A stretch of DNA of 64,000 nucleotides from positions 128,092 through 192,091 of the forward strand of contig CAYMVY010000002.1 of the NCBI GenBank assembly GCA_964394405.1, written 5' to 3'. The translations under genes were made by a program, and so were the position numbers. The notes beneath the pieces were generated by a model, which did no database searches, had not been told where the DNA came from, and saw nothing but the letters and a program-made list of their open reading frames with translations. Below, piece after piece: positions 8,032 through 18,526 of the stretch; position 1 is the stretch's first letter; every line of letters starts with the position of its first letter. The DNA is from an uncultured Gammaproteobacteria bacterium (GTDB lineage: Bacteria; Patescibacteriota; Patescibacteriia; Magasanikbacterales; UBA922).

Positions 8032-10974
8032 TTACTGTCTAAATTCACAGATGTTTCTAAACTCGCAATATTTACATACAAACTGACTTGGTGTCGCTAT
8101 GAACTTCCCTTCTCTGATTTTTTCAATAGTGGTCTCTAATTTTTCTTTGAGTTTTTCTACGTCTTTTGGTTCAGCTTGAAACGAGGTGCGCATCCCATCG
8201 TTTACATAATAAAACGTGAGTTTTCCTACGGGACCAATATGACGATACTCTGGTAGTGTTTCCGCGGCAATGTGGTAGAGCAACAACTGTTGTTTGTCAT
8301 CAGTATCGAGCGTTTCTTTTGAATTTCCGGTTTTGTAATCAATAATTTCAAGCGAACCATCAGCTTGCTGGTCAATACGGTCAATACGTCCATTGATTAC
8401 ATATTCCCCCACCTTCACCTTGAACCAGCCTTCGAGTGCTACGGGAATAGTCCAGTGACCCTGCTGTGTTGTATAGAAAACTTTTAAAATTTCTTTACCT
8501 TTTTCATAATATTTTTCTCGTTGTTGTTTGTCCTGATACCAATCATTGATCCACGATTCATCATACATTTTGTATAATTCTTCCAGGGTCGGAACTTGTA
8601 CCTCTCCATTATTCTGTTCAGATGAAGGTGCGGCGATATCGAATAAAGAAACTTGTGTGACTCGGTTTAATTCTTGTACTCGGGTATAGAATTTTTGCAT
8701 GGTCGCATGAATACTGTTTCCAAAACTAAAACTCGCAGTACCTTTTGATTGGATTTTTAGTACATGAGCTAGTTTGTATTGATAGGGACATTTGAGAAAA
8801 CTGATGATTTGCGAGTGAGAGAATTTTTTTGGTATTTCGTATACCACTTCTGCATTTTTTGGTTGAGGTGTTTTTTTATACGTTCCAAGATCAGTACTAC
8901 CTTCTGCATGTGTGCTGGTACCAGCGAAACCAATTTCATCGAGGAATCTGCTTATTTTTTTCTTTCGTTTTCTATCTTCTCCATAGTAGTCAGCACTAGA
9001 AAAGTACAACTGTTCTTTTGCGCGAGTAACCCCTACGTAAAATAATCTACGTTCTTCTTCGGTATGAAAATCTGCATTATCAGACAAATGTTCATGAATA
9101 AGTTCAGAGGGTAATTCAATTCCTGATGAACGTGCGCGTGTAGGAAATCGTTCTTCTACACAATTCACCATAAAGACAAACTTGTATTCAAGCCCTTTTG
9201 ACGCATGAACCGTCATCACATTTACCGACTCACTGGTTTCTCGTGGCTGGAAAATTTTTCCCTGATCACCTGACTCGAGTACAAAATCAAAATGTTCAAC
9301 AAACCCAAGTACATTTGCTCCTGGAGTTATCTCTTCGTAACCACGAATCAGATCAAACACTTGTTTCAGATACTGAATTTGACGAACTACTTGCCTGTTA
9401 CCTTTGCCCTCCTCATGTGTAAGATATGCTAAATATCCCACCGTTTCCAAAAAATCATATAATACTGCGGTCGGTTTTTCATGTTTTGCAGCTTCAATCC
9501 CCTTTTTCACACTTGAGACCAGTGAATCAAGGTGCAGTATACTTGCATCAGTCACATATAATTCTTTTGCTCGGCCAAGAGCTTCGAAATAGCTAATAGA
9601 TTTTCGTTTTGCTCCTGAAACCAGTCTCTGAACATCGCTTGGATCGACTGAAATACACGGTAATCGCATAAGACGATACCATGAATCATCCTCATATTGT
9701 CTTGCAACAATCCGGAGAAATGCTAATACATCGAGTACTATCGGCTGACGATACAGTCCACCCGATGCGAGAAATTCATAAGGGATCCCATAGGTCTCTA
9801 GCGCATTTAGAAACGGTTGCGCATGGCTATTTGCTCGAACGAGTATTGCAAAATCATCCCAGGTTGCTTCCTCGTGTTGCTTTTTTAATTCTACTATTTT
9901 TTTTATCACAGCAAACACTTCGGCATCCAGTGTTTCAGTATGTAAGTGCTCGATTATACATTTTTCTATTTTTCCCTTTGCAACTAGTTTTTTGTCAATT
10001 GATAATTTTGCTTCGAGTCGATCAGGGTTATTGAATACAATTGATTTGTAAGCGAGGTCGAGAATTGCTTGACCTGAGCGATAGTTCTCGGTCAACACCA
10101 CTTCAGCAGCTTTGGGAAAATCTTCTTTGAAACGTAAGATGATCGATACGTTTGACCCACGGAATGAATAAATAGACTGGTCATCATCCCCCACGACAGT
10201 TAATTGTGATTTTTCTGCTAGAAGTCTAATCAATTCGTATTGCGCATAATTTACATCTTGAAATTCATCTACCAACACGTGTGTGAACTGAGTCTGAATC
10301 GCTTTCAGAATATTCGGACGTTCTTTTAGTAGTTTTACTGAATAATAAATCAGATCGCCAAAATCAAGCGCATTGTTTTCCAAAATCAGCTTATTATATG
10401 TGTGATATGCATTTGCAATTTCAATCAGACGATTTTTTTCTTGCACTCCTGCTTCATCTTTATCGAGAATCAATCCTTCGACATGGTCGATATAGTTTTG
10501 TGCTGAAATAAGTTCATCTTTTGCTTTGGAAAAGTGATCAAGGAGTGTATGAATATTTGAATTAGGATTTCCCAGTGGTCGATAATAATCGAGATTAAAA
10601 TCATAGATGTGATCGCGTACGAGGAGCCATGCATCGGTATCAGTGATGAGTCGGAAATTTTTTGGCAACCCAATTTCAAAGCCAAATTTTTCGAGTAATC
10701 GCTGACAAAACGTATGGAACGTGGAAATCTGCAGTTCGGTATATCCGAGCTCAATTTCAGAATCAACCCGTTCTTGCATTTCATTGGCAGCTTTCTCAGT
10801 AAACGTGAGGGCTAAAATATTCTCAGGTTCGGCAATACCACTAGCTAGTAAATGAGAAATTTTTTTGGTAATAACTGTCGTTTTTCCTGTTCCTGCTCCT
10901 GCAACAATAAGCAAAGGACCGTCGACATACTCGACCGCCCTTTGTTGTGCTTCATTAAGACGATTTTCCCCCAT
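8032..10974 (-). CDS. UvrD/PcrA-family SF1 helicase fused to a C-terminal Cas4/AddB-like PD-(D/E)XK nuclease domain with a Cys cluster
   Basis: 980 aa. Walker A AGAGTGKTTV, UvrD motifs and DEFQD Walker B. The C-terminus has CPYQYK...IDRID...IIDYKTG...CKYCEFRNIC, i.e. a PD-(D/E)XK core plus four Cys. Confidence 0.85.
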   Translation of the reverse strand: MGENRLNEAQQRAVEYVDGPLLIVAGAGTGKTTVITKKISHLLASGIAEPENILALTFTEKAANEMQERVDSEIELGYTELQISTFHTFCQRLLEKFGFEIGLPKNFRLITDTDAWLLVRDHIYDFNLDYYRPLGNPNSNIHTLLDHFSKAKDELISAQNYIDHVEGLILDKDEAGVQEKNRLIEIANAYHTYNKLILENNALDFGDLIYYSVKLLKERPNILKAIQTQFTHVLVDEFQDVNYAQYELIRLLAEKSQLTVVGDDDQSIYSFRGSNVSIILRFKEDFPKAAEVVLTENYRSGQAILDLAYKSIVFNNPDRLEAKLSIDKKLVAKGKIEKCIIEHLHTETLDAEVFAVIKKIVELKKQHEEATWDDFAILVRANSHAQPFLNALETYGIPYEFLASGGLYRQPIVLDVLAFLRIVARQYEDDSWYRLMRLPCISVDPSDVQRLVSGAKRKSISYFEALGRAKELYVTDASILHLDSLVSSVKKGIEAAKHEKPTAVLYDFLETVGYLAYLTHEEGKGNRQVVRQIQYLKQVFDLIRGYEEITPGANVLGFVEHFDFVLESGDQGKIFQPRETSESVNVMTVHASKGLEYKFVFMVNCVEERFPTRARSSGIELPSELIHEHLSDNADFHTEEERRLFYVGVTRAKEQLYFSSADYYGEDRKRKKKISRFLDEIGFAGTSTHAEGSTDLGTYKKTPQPKNAEVVYEIPKKFSHSQIISFLKCPYQYKLAHVLKIQSKGTASFSFGNSIHATMQKFYTRVQELNRVTQVSLFDIAAPSSEQNNGEVQVPTLEELYKMYDESWINDWYQDKQQREKYYEKGKEILKVFYTTQQGHWTIPVALEGWFKVKVGEYVINGRIDRIDQQADGSLEIIDYKTGNSKETLDTDDKQQLLLYHIAAETLPEYRHIGPVGKLTFYYVNDGMRTSFQAEPKDVEKLKEKLETTIEKIREGKFIATPSQFVCKYCEFRNICEFRQ

Positions 10975-10990
10975 ATAGTCGACTCAACTC

Positions 10991-11947
10991 TTAGTACTGT
11001 AGTTTCACTGGTGCTGGCACCGTGACTTCGTTAGTAGTTTTTTCTGGTGCAATTACTGGGAAACATTGTCTGCCAGCGCCATGTTCATATCCGAACATGT
11101 TTGGTTCTGCAGGAGTGTATCGCGTTATTGAATCATTTAGTGCTTCATTTGACGACATAGTGAACGTCGCACAGAGTTCATACTCTCTTTTTCCTGTTGC
11201 CCGGTATTCATACTCAATTCCTGTTTCAGGATCATTGATAATGCCACCAAAATAATACGGAGGCGTATTCAATTCTGCCAATGCTGCAGGAAGTTTACCT
11301 AGCTGTGTGTAGTATGCGTCAATCGAGTATTTGAGACTTTGAAGATGTTGTGATCGCATACTATCGAATCGTAGCGCCCGTTGTTTTGTAGGACTACCAA
11401 TGAGAAAGAAAGCTCCAACTACAAATACTGCGACCAACCCGATAGCGCCGTATCTGAATACGCTTCGTCTTACTTTGGTAAGCGCATCTCGAATATCATA
11501 GAGATAGTATGCAAAAATCATTGCAGCGACTAATAGAACTGAGAGTGCTTTGAGGAAGAATCGAACCGTGAGCTCACCTGAAAGGAAACTATTCAAAATT
11601 GAAATGAGTGAACCAATAATCATGAATGTTGCCACAAACAGAGTAAGGTATACGAGCCACTTACGAACACCTATTGTTTTTAATTCAGGGCTTTTTGTAT
11701 ACCCTTTCTGCAAATACCATGCAGACCAGATGTAGACTGGAAATACGACGACGAGTGTTGCTATTGCAAAACGGAGCGGACCATTGCTCATATCGTAGTA
11801 ATAGTAGTCTGGAAGAAGCGCGTCAGGGAAAAAGCGATTTACATACTGAAACATGAGGGTGATAAATGCGGTCGCGCTCATGTAGAGGGTAACGATTGAG
11901 AGCAGATGAAGGAATGTGTCACGTGCGGTGGATTTGTGTTCTGACAT
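10991..11947 (-). CDS. Hypothetical membrane protein (N-terminal multi-TM, C-terminal soluble domain)
   Basis: 318 aa, about five TM helices, then a Tyr/Gly-rich C-terminal domain. No confident family. Confidence 0.45.
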   Translation of the reverse strand: MSEHKSTARDTFLHLLSIVTLYMSATAFITLMFQYVNRFFPDALLPDYYYYDMSNGPLRFAIATLVVVFPVYIWSAWYLQKGYTKSPELKTIGVRKWLVYLTLFVATFMIIGSLISILNSFLSGELTVRFFLKALSVLLVAAMIFAYYLYDIRDALTKVRRSVFRYGAIGLVAVFVVGAFFLIGSPTKQRALRFDSMRSQHLQSLKYSIDAYYTQLGKLPAALAELNTPPYYFGGIINDPETGIEYEYRATGKREYELCATFTMSSNEALNDSITRYTPAEPNMFGYEHGAGRQCFPVIAPEKTTNEVTVPAPVKLQY

Positions 11948-11957
11948 AGAGGATAGA

Positions 11958-12476
11958 TTAGTTAATTAGAGAAATAAGTTTGGTAATCATTTTTTTGACA
12001 TCTTCAGTATACTGTTTTTCCAGATCTTCTTTAGAAAGATTTTCAACCAATCCTACGTATACACTTGGGACGACTGCTTTCATCTGCAGATACATGAATA
12101 TTGCCATCAGGTGCTCAATCATGCGAGCCCCACCGATTTTACCCGATGACACGCCGACAACCCCTACAGCTTTTCCCTCATATTCTCTATACGCCATATC
12201 AAGGAGTAATTTGAATTCTCCAGGATAACTCCGATTGTATTCTGGAATGACGAAGATGAATCCAGCAGCTCGTTTGGCGATTTCTTTCCAACGTTTTGTC
12301 TTGTCACTCTCTTCCCAGCTTGGGATAGTCCGAGGTATTTCAACAAAATCTTTGACGTCAATAAATTCAGTTTCGATATCAAATAACTGTGCAGCCGAGT
12401 GTACAAATTTTGCTACTTTTTCTGACTGTCTTCCTTCTCGTGCAGTGCCGAGAACAATTGGGATGTAGGGCTTCAT
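11958..12476 (-). CDS. NAD(P)H-dependent FMN reductase (flavodoxin-like fold)
   Basis: 172 aa. GTAREGRQSE near the N-terminus and PEYNRSYPG motifs typical of the SsuE/YieF/ArsH-like FMN reductase family. Confidence 0.75.
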   Translation of the reverse strand: MKPYIPIVLGTAREGRQSEKVAKFVHSAAQLFDIETEFIDVKDFVEIPRTIPSWEESDKTKRWKEIAKRAAGFIFVIPEYNRSYPGEFKLLLDMAYREYEGKAVGVVGVSSGKIGGARMIEHLMAIFMYLQMKAVVPSVYVGLVENLSKEDLEKQYTEDVKKMITKLISLIN

Positions 12477-12529
12477 ATACTACGTATTATATATACTAGA
12501 GTAACAGATTCGCTTATTTGAGGCAACTA

Positions 12530-12557
12530 TTGACAAAAATCAATCATCATCTATACT
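12530..12557 (+). promoter_or_regulatory. Candidate sigma70-type promoter (TTGACA-16-TATACT) facing high-GC island A
   Basis: ttgacaaaaatcaatcatcatctatact read directly. Lies in the AT-rich host-like spacer just before the GC jump. Confidence 0.3.
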
Positions 12558-12659
12558 ATAGCCCTCCTCACGCTGATTCTCTAACAGAAGAACAACAGCC
12601 ACAGCACCATGACTGAGGAGTAATGTGTGCTTTTTCTGGAGCAACTAATGGATCCGTAT

Positions 12660-13169
12660 ACCTTCACCCAGCGCACCGGTAATGCCTTCCTCGCTCTGCC
12701 CCGTGTGACTGTCTACGACTGCCACATCCCCGTCTTCTCCCGCACCTTCACCATCCTGCATCAGGATGACCTCCGCCAGCTGATCTTCATGATGGGCGTC
12801 GCGCGTGTCATCCAGACGACGGAGAAGGCGCACGAGCTCTACAGCGCGCTCGGTCTGGACATGCTCCCGAACATGGGGGCGATCGCTGAGCGTATGTCCG
12901 GCATGAGGAAGCTGAAGCCCGCGAACGGTCTCGAGTACATCATGACCGATGACTCGCCCCGTAGCATGCGTCTCCAGGGCGCCCGCCTGCCCGAGGTGCA
13001 TAGCTACCGCGATGCGTTCCTCCAGGTCCTCGGCCTCCACAAGTACGACCAGGTCTCGCCTGCGGAAGGCGTGACCCTGCTCGATCAGGTGCTCAAGGCT
13101 GATCTGCCGATGGATCAGGACATCGCCATGAAGATCGCGATCATCGCCGGCACCTTCGACTTGTTCTGA
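12660..13169 (+). CDS. Hypothetical protein of high-GC island A (169 aa from ATG 12660, or 180 aa from 12627)
   Basis: Strong GC3 bias on the plus strand. The antisense 175-aa ORF is Arg/Leu/Glu-rich, typical of a non-coding frame. GGAG sits 7 nt before ATG 12660. No recognisable domain. Confidence 0.5.
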   Translation, partial: TFTQRTGNAFLALPRVTVYDCHIPVFSRTFTILHQDDLRQLIFMMGVARVIQTTEKAHELYSALGLDMLPNMGAIAERMSGMRKLKPANGLEYIMTDDSPRSMRLQGARLPEVHSYRDAFLQVLGLHKYDQVSPAEGVTLLDQVLKADLPMDQDIAMKIAIIAGTFDLF

Positions 13170-13375
13170 CACACAAGTTTCTCTAGCCTTCCCAGGAAGG
13201 TATTGCAGGTAGAGAAGAAACTACACGACGATTGGGACGCGTGAAAACGCGTTTGGAGATTGGACGAATCCTGCTTCGTCCTTCCTACTACTATCTTTAA
13301 TTATTAGAGGTAATTGAGGAATAAAAAGCCGCTTATGGGCGGTCTTTTTGTTTTTGTCAGTTTTACCCTCTAACC

Positions 13376-13404
13376 TTGACAAAAGGGCTTAATTGTGCTA
13401 TACT
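13376..13404 (+). promoter_or_regulatory. Strong consensus sigma70-like promoter TTGACA-17-TATACT inside island A
   Basis: ttgacaaaagggcttaattgtgctatact. A structured GC-rich leader and two small ORFs follow. Confidence 0.4.
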
Positions 13405-13513
13405 GAGCTGTTTCCGTATCTAACCGCAGGTTGTAGAGGTCGTACCTCATTGAAGTACCCCCTCTACAGCGCTACGGAATGGATCCGTCGCTGAGACCCC
13501 TTGGAGAGGACAA

Positions 13514-13642
13514 ATGAAGAAGTATCTCATTGCCGCTGGACTGACGATCGGACTCACCTTGATGGTGGTCCGCGTGGTCACCTGGGTCGTTAACGAGGCC
13601 CCGGTCGTTCCGGAGCGGCACCAGTTCGTGTACGACCCGTGA
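13514..13642 (+). CDS. Small hydrophobic peptide (42 aa) MKKYLIAAGLTIGLTLMVVRVVTWVVNEAPVVPERHQFVYDP
   Basis: GGAGAGG SD 6 nt upstream of the ATG. Single TM helix plus charged tail. Inside high-GC island A. Not in the ORF track (under 60 aa). Confidence 0.35.
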   Translation: MKKYLIAAGLTIGLTLMVVRVVTWVVNEAPVVPERHQFVYDP

Positions 13643-13658
13643 ACATCGGGACGTGCAA

Positions 13659-13730
13659 CATGCTCGGCAGCGCGTCGGTCATCGCTATCGTGGTGGTCAT
13701 CGTGGCCATCCTGAAAGCGTGCTACGCGTG
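13659..13730 (+). CDS. Very small hydrophobic peptide (23 aa) MLGSASVIAIVVVIVAILKACYA
   Basis: Begins 17 nt after the previous ORF. Entirely hydrophobic. A GC-rich hairpin (gggcggtgtcgcaagacgccgccc) follows. Confidence 0.25.
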
Positions 13731-13807
13731 AAACCTAACAACTGGGCGGTGTCGCAAGACGCCGCCCGAACCCAACTATCATTTTAAATCTTTGAAGTGA
13801 TTGAGGA

Positions 13808-13839
13808 CCCTGTACCAGAACGGTACAGGGTTTTGATTT
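13808..13839 (+). terminator. Rho-independent terminator hairpin ending island A (ccctgtacc agaac ggtacaggg + T-run)
   Basis: Perfect 9-bp stem followed by ttttgattt. Confidence 0.5.
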
Positions 13840-13844
13840 GCACA

Positions 13845-15620
13845 CTACTCAATAAACCCTCCAACTTGCGTGCCCCAGAGTTCCTGGTATATTCCTGTTT
13901 TTTTACTTACCAATGCTTTGTGAGTACCTTGTTCGACTATTTTTCCTTTGTCCACTACGATAATTCGATCCATATGCATGATAGTCGATAATCGATGCGC
14001 GATTGCAATGACTGTTCTTCCTTTTACCAATTCATGTAATGCTTCCTGGATCAACCTTTCTGATTCTGAATCAAGGCTTGAAGTAGCTTCGTCGAGTACG
14101 AGAATCGGAGCGTCCTTCAACATTGCTCGTGCCATAGCGATACGCTGACGCTCCCCACCAGATAATTTCACTCCTCGTTCCCCTACCATCGTGTCATAAC
14201 CTTGTGGAAACGACGTAATAAATTCATGGCATTGCGCACGCTTCGACGCAATAATCATTTCTTTTTCAGTAGCATCTGATCTCCCGTACATAATATTCTC
14301 TCTCACGCTACGATGAAACAATACAGGATCTTGTGGTACGTATGCAATCGCACGCCACAGACTTTCCTGGGTTACTTCGGTAATCGGAGTATTATCAATT
14401 TTGATGGCACCTTTTGAAACGTCGTAGTAGCGAAGTAGTAGTTTTACGATAGTTGACTTCCCTGCTCCTGAATGCCCGACGAGCGCTACTTTTTCTCCAG
14501 GACGTACCAAAAGTGAGAAGTCATTCAGCAATGCTTTTTTAGCATTGTATTTGAATGTCACTCGCTCGAACTTAATACTCCCTTTAGTAACTTCAAGATT
14601 AATTGCATCCTTTTTATCAGTAATCCCATGTGGCGTGTAGTAAATAGCGGCAAATTCTTTTGCATCTGCAAAATGTTCATATACATCACGAAAACTTCGT
14701 GCAAAATTCCATACACGATGAAATACTGCAAGCGAATAGCCATTTATCAGGACCAAGTCTCCAATAGTGAGTGTGCCCGCACGCCAAAACTGTAAGGCGA
14801 GATAGAGTAGTACTATTTCAAATAAAGTCATAAGTGCACCCTGTAAACCATCAAGTTTGATTGTGAGTACACGCGAAAAGAAACGTCGTGATCGTACTTC
14901 CTCTGATACGGTGTCAAAATTCTTTTCTTCTTTGAGGTATGATGAAAACAACTTTACATTTGGATAATTGGTGACAATATCAGCCAATACACCTGTTTGT
15001 TTGCTCTCGGCTTCACTTCTGAGTGCGTCAAATTTTAATTTATAGAGACTTGTGTAATATGTTGCTGCTAGGTATAGAATCAACCATCCGAACAGAAGAA
15101 GTCCAAATATATAATTGGTCATGAACAATACTACACCGATCGATAGAATTAAAAATCCTGAGCCGAATAGTGTGTATTGAAGAAAATCAATCATGATCAC
15201 CGTAAATGCGCTTTCAAATTTTCGCATGTCTGAGATAAGCGAACCAATGTATTTGTTTTCAAAAAAATTAAACGAATGACGAAGAGTGGTTTTTAACATT
15301 TCATTATATAATTTTTTTCGTACGTGCATTTCCGATCGTGCACGGAAGTAATGATGCAAGCGATCAGAAATCCAATTCATGCAGAGCAGTCCTAAAATCA
15401 AAAAAACCGCCTGCAATGCTTCGTTATATGCCATTTCTCTGGTAAACGTTTCATTCGTTAGTGCATCAATCAATAGTTTGTAGAAATATGGATATGCTAG
15501 ATCTCCTGCATTCCACAATATAATAAATATCGAAGAAACAACAAAAGACCATTTGAATGGACGTAAATATTTCCAAAATAATTGTAACACTTGCTTATTG
15601 GTAACTTCGGAGGGTTTCAT
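13845..15620 (-). CDS. ABC transporter, fused permease/ATP-binding exporter (MsbA/LmrA-like)
   Basis: 591 aa. Six-TM domain, then Walker A GHSGAGKST, ABC signature LSGGERQR and Walker B ILVLDEATS. Confidence 0.9.
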   Translation of the reverse strand: MKPSEVTNKQVLQLFWKYLRPFKWSFVVSSIFIILWNAGDLAYPYFYKLLIDALTNETFTREMAYNEALQAVFLILGLLCMNWISDRLHHYFRARSEMHVRKKLYNEMLKTTLRHSFNFFENKYIGSLISDMRKFESAFTVIMIDFLQYTLFGSGFLILSIGVVLFMTNYIFGLLLFGWLILYLAATYYTSLYKLKFDALRSEAESKQTGVLADIVTNYPNVKLFSSYLKEEKNFDTVSEEVRSRRFFSRVLTIKLDGLQGALMTLFEIVLLYLALQFWRAGTLTIGDLVLINGYSLAVFHRVWNFARSFRDVYEHFADAKEFAAIYYTPHGITDKKDAINLEVTKGSIKFERVTFKYNAKKALLNDFSLLVRPGEKVALVGHSGAGKSTIVKLLLRYYDVSKGAIKIDNTPITEVTQESLWRAIAYVPQDPVLFHRSVRENIMYGRSDATEKEMIIASKRAQCHEFITSFPQGYDTMVGERGVKLSGGERQRIAMARAMLKDAPILVLDEATSSLDSESERLIQEALHELVKGRTVIAIAHRLSTIMHMDRIIVVDKGKIVEQGTHKALVSKKTGIYQELWGTQVGGFIE

Positions 15621-15646
15621 AATGCATATAAGTATATCATAAAAAC

Positions 15647-15676
15647 AAAAACAGCCTCGTTTTGAGGCTGTTTTTG
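15647..15676 (-). terminator. Intrinsic terminator downstream of atpC (aaaacagcctcg tttt gaggctgtttt)
   Basis: Perfect 10-bp hairpin with flanking A/T runs on both sides, so it could act in both directions. Confidence 0.55.
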
Positions 15677-15679
15677 TTG

Positions 15680-16099
15680 CTATCGTGTAGGTCTGTATTT
15701 CTTTGCAATACGCAATCGATTGAGTTCTTTTTCAAGAGAAGCTTGGACACGTGCGAAGTCTACGTCTGCAGATTTCTCTTCTGCTGCGAGCAATTCTTCT
15801 GCTCGTTTTCTTCCAGCCTCAGCGCGTTCGAGATCAATTTCTTCTGCTCGCTCTGCGCTATCTGCTAAGATGTAGACTGTGTTATCACTTCGTACTTCAG
15901 CTACTCCGCCCGAAACTGCAATTGGTACTTCATGATCTTTTTTGAATACAATCAATTCACCCGCGTCAAGAATAGTAATAAGCGGAACATGGTGTGGCAA
16001 AACCGTAATATATCCTTCCTTTGTCGGGATGGTTACTTTGGTCACTTGTTCGTCTGCATAGACGATACCTTCTGGTTTTACAATTTTGAAATTAATCAT
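15680..16099 (-). CDS. atpC: F1 ATP synthase epsilon subunit
   Basis: 139 aa. N-terminal beta-sandwich (MINFKIVKPEG...) and C-terminal helical hairpin. Confidence 0.9.
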   Translation of the reverse strand: MINFKIVKPEGIVYADEQVTKVTIPTKEGYITVLPHHVPLITILDAGELIVFKKDHEVPIAVSGGVAEVRSDNTVYILADSAERAEEIDLERAEAGRKRAEELLAAEEKSADVDFARVQASLEKELNRLRIAKKYRPTR

Positions 16100-16183
16100 A
16101 GTTAGCTAATAGAACACGGATGGTCACGGATTAATTCAATTTGGAATTTTATTTGAACTTTTAAATTTGAACTTTGGGCTTTT

Positions 16184-17575
<1,392 letters not shown>

Positions 17576-17590
17576 TTATTATAGATTATA

Positions 17591-18520
17591 TTAATTTTCC
17601 AGTGCAGCCGCTCCTCCAGCGATTTCTGCAATTTCTTTCGTAATACCAGCTTGTCTTGCTTTATTGAATTCTATGGTTAATGCGTCAATCATGTCCCCTG
17701 CCGCCTCTGTCGCATTCTTCATCGCGACCATACGAGCGCTATGCTCACTTGCCCTCGATTCCAGAAGTGTCTGATAGAGCTGGACTTCGAATAGTCGGGG
17801 TAAGACTGTCTCCATAATCATTGTTGTATCTGGTTCAAATTCATATTCTGTCGTATCCTCCACTTTCACTTCTTTTTCAGCTTTTTCTTCTCCTACATCA
17901 TCGAGCATTGTGTCAATATCTTCTTTGGTAATGGGGAGTAATTTTCGTATTTTTGGAACTTGTACGATACTTGATTTGAAATCCGTGTATGCCACAAGCA
18001 CTGCATCATATTCACCTGATTTGAATTTCTCAAGTGCAGTATTCGTAATTGGGAGAATATCTTCTACGGTCGGATTATCACGAATTGCGTCATATGCTGC
18101 GATGAGCGGATAATTGAATCGCTTTGCAAAATAAGCACTCTTTTTTCCAACTCCAATAATGTCATACATCAAATCATTGGCGGACACATCACCAAACACG
18201 TCTGCGCGTGTAAGAAGATTTCTAGTTTTTTTGAAAATATTTGAGTTGAAACTTCCCGCAAGTCCTCTATTTGAACTGAACAACACTACTAATACTTTTT
18301 TTACCGGACGTACTTCGGTCAGTGGACTTTTTACTTCACCATTCATACTCAATTTTTCCATGAGTTCACGCGCAAGTAACGCATAGGTGCGGGTTGCAGT
18401 CACTGCTTGGATTGCTTTTCGCATTTTTGCAGCCGAAACCATCTCCATTGCTTTGGTGATTTTTTTCGTGTTTTTCACGGATTTGATTCGTTGTTTGATC
18501 GCTTTTCCGCTGACTGCCAT
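17591..18520 (-). CDS. atpG: F1 ATP synthase gamma subunit
   Basis: 309 aa. Conserved N-terminus (IKQRIKSVKNTKKITKAMEMVSAAKMRKA) and C-terminal helix. Confidence 0.9.
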   Translation of the reverse strand: MAVSGKAIKQRIKSVKNTKKITKAMEMVSAAKMRKAIQAVTATRTYALLARELMEKLSMNGEVKSPLTEVRPVKKVLVVLFSSNRGLAGSFNSNIFKKTRNLLTRADVFGDVSANDLMYDIIGVGKKSAYFAKRFNYPLIAAYDAIRDNPTVEDILPITNTALEKFKSGEYDAVLVAYTDFKSSIVQVPKIRKLLPITKEDIDTMLDDVGEEKAEKEVKVEDTTEYEFEPDTTMIMETVLPRLFEVQLYQTLLESRASEHSARMVAMKNATEAAGDMIDALTIEFNKARQAGITKEIAEIAGGAAALEN

Positions 18521-18526
18521 ACGATA

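Noticed and set aside
12645-13172. 175-aa ORF antisense to the island A gene
   Set aside because: Arg/Leu/Glu/His-rich composition typical of the non-coding frame of GC-rich DNA. The plus-strand frame has the GC3 bias.
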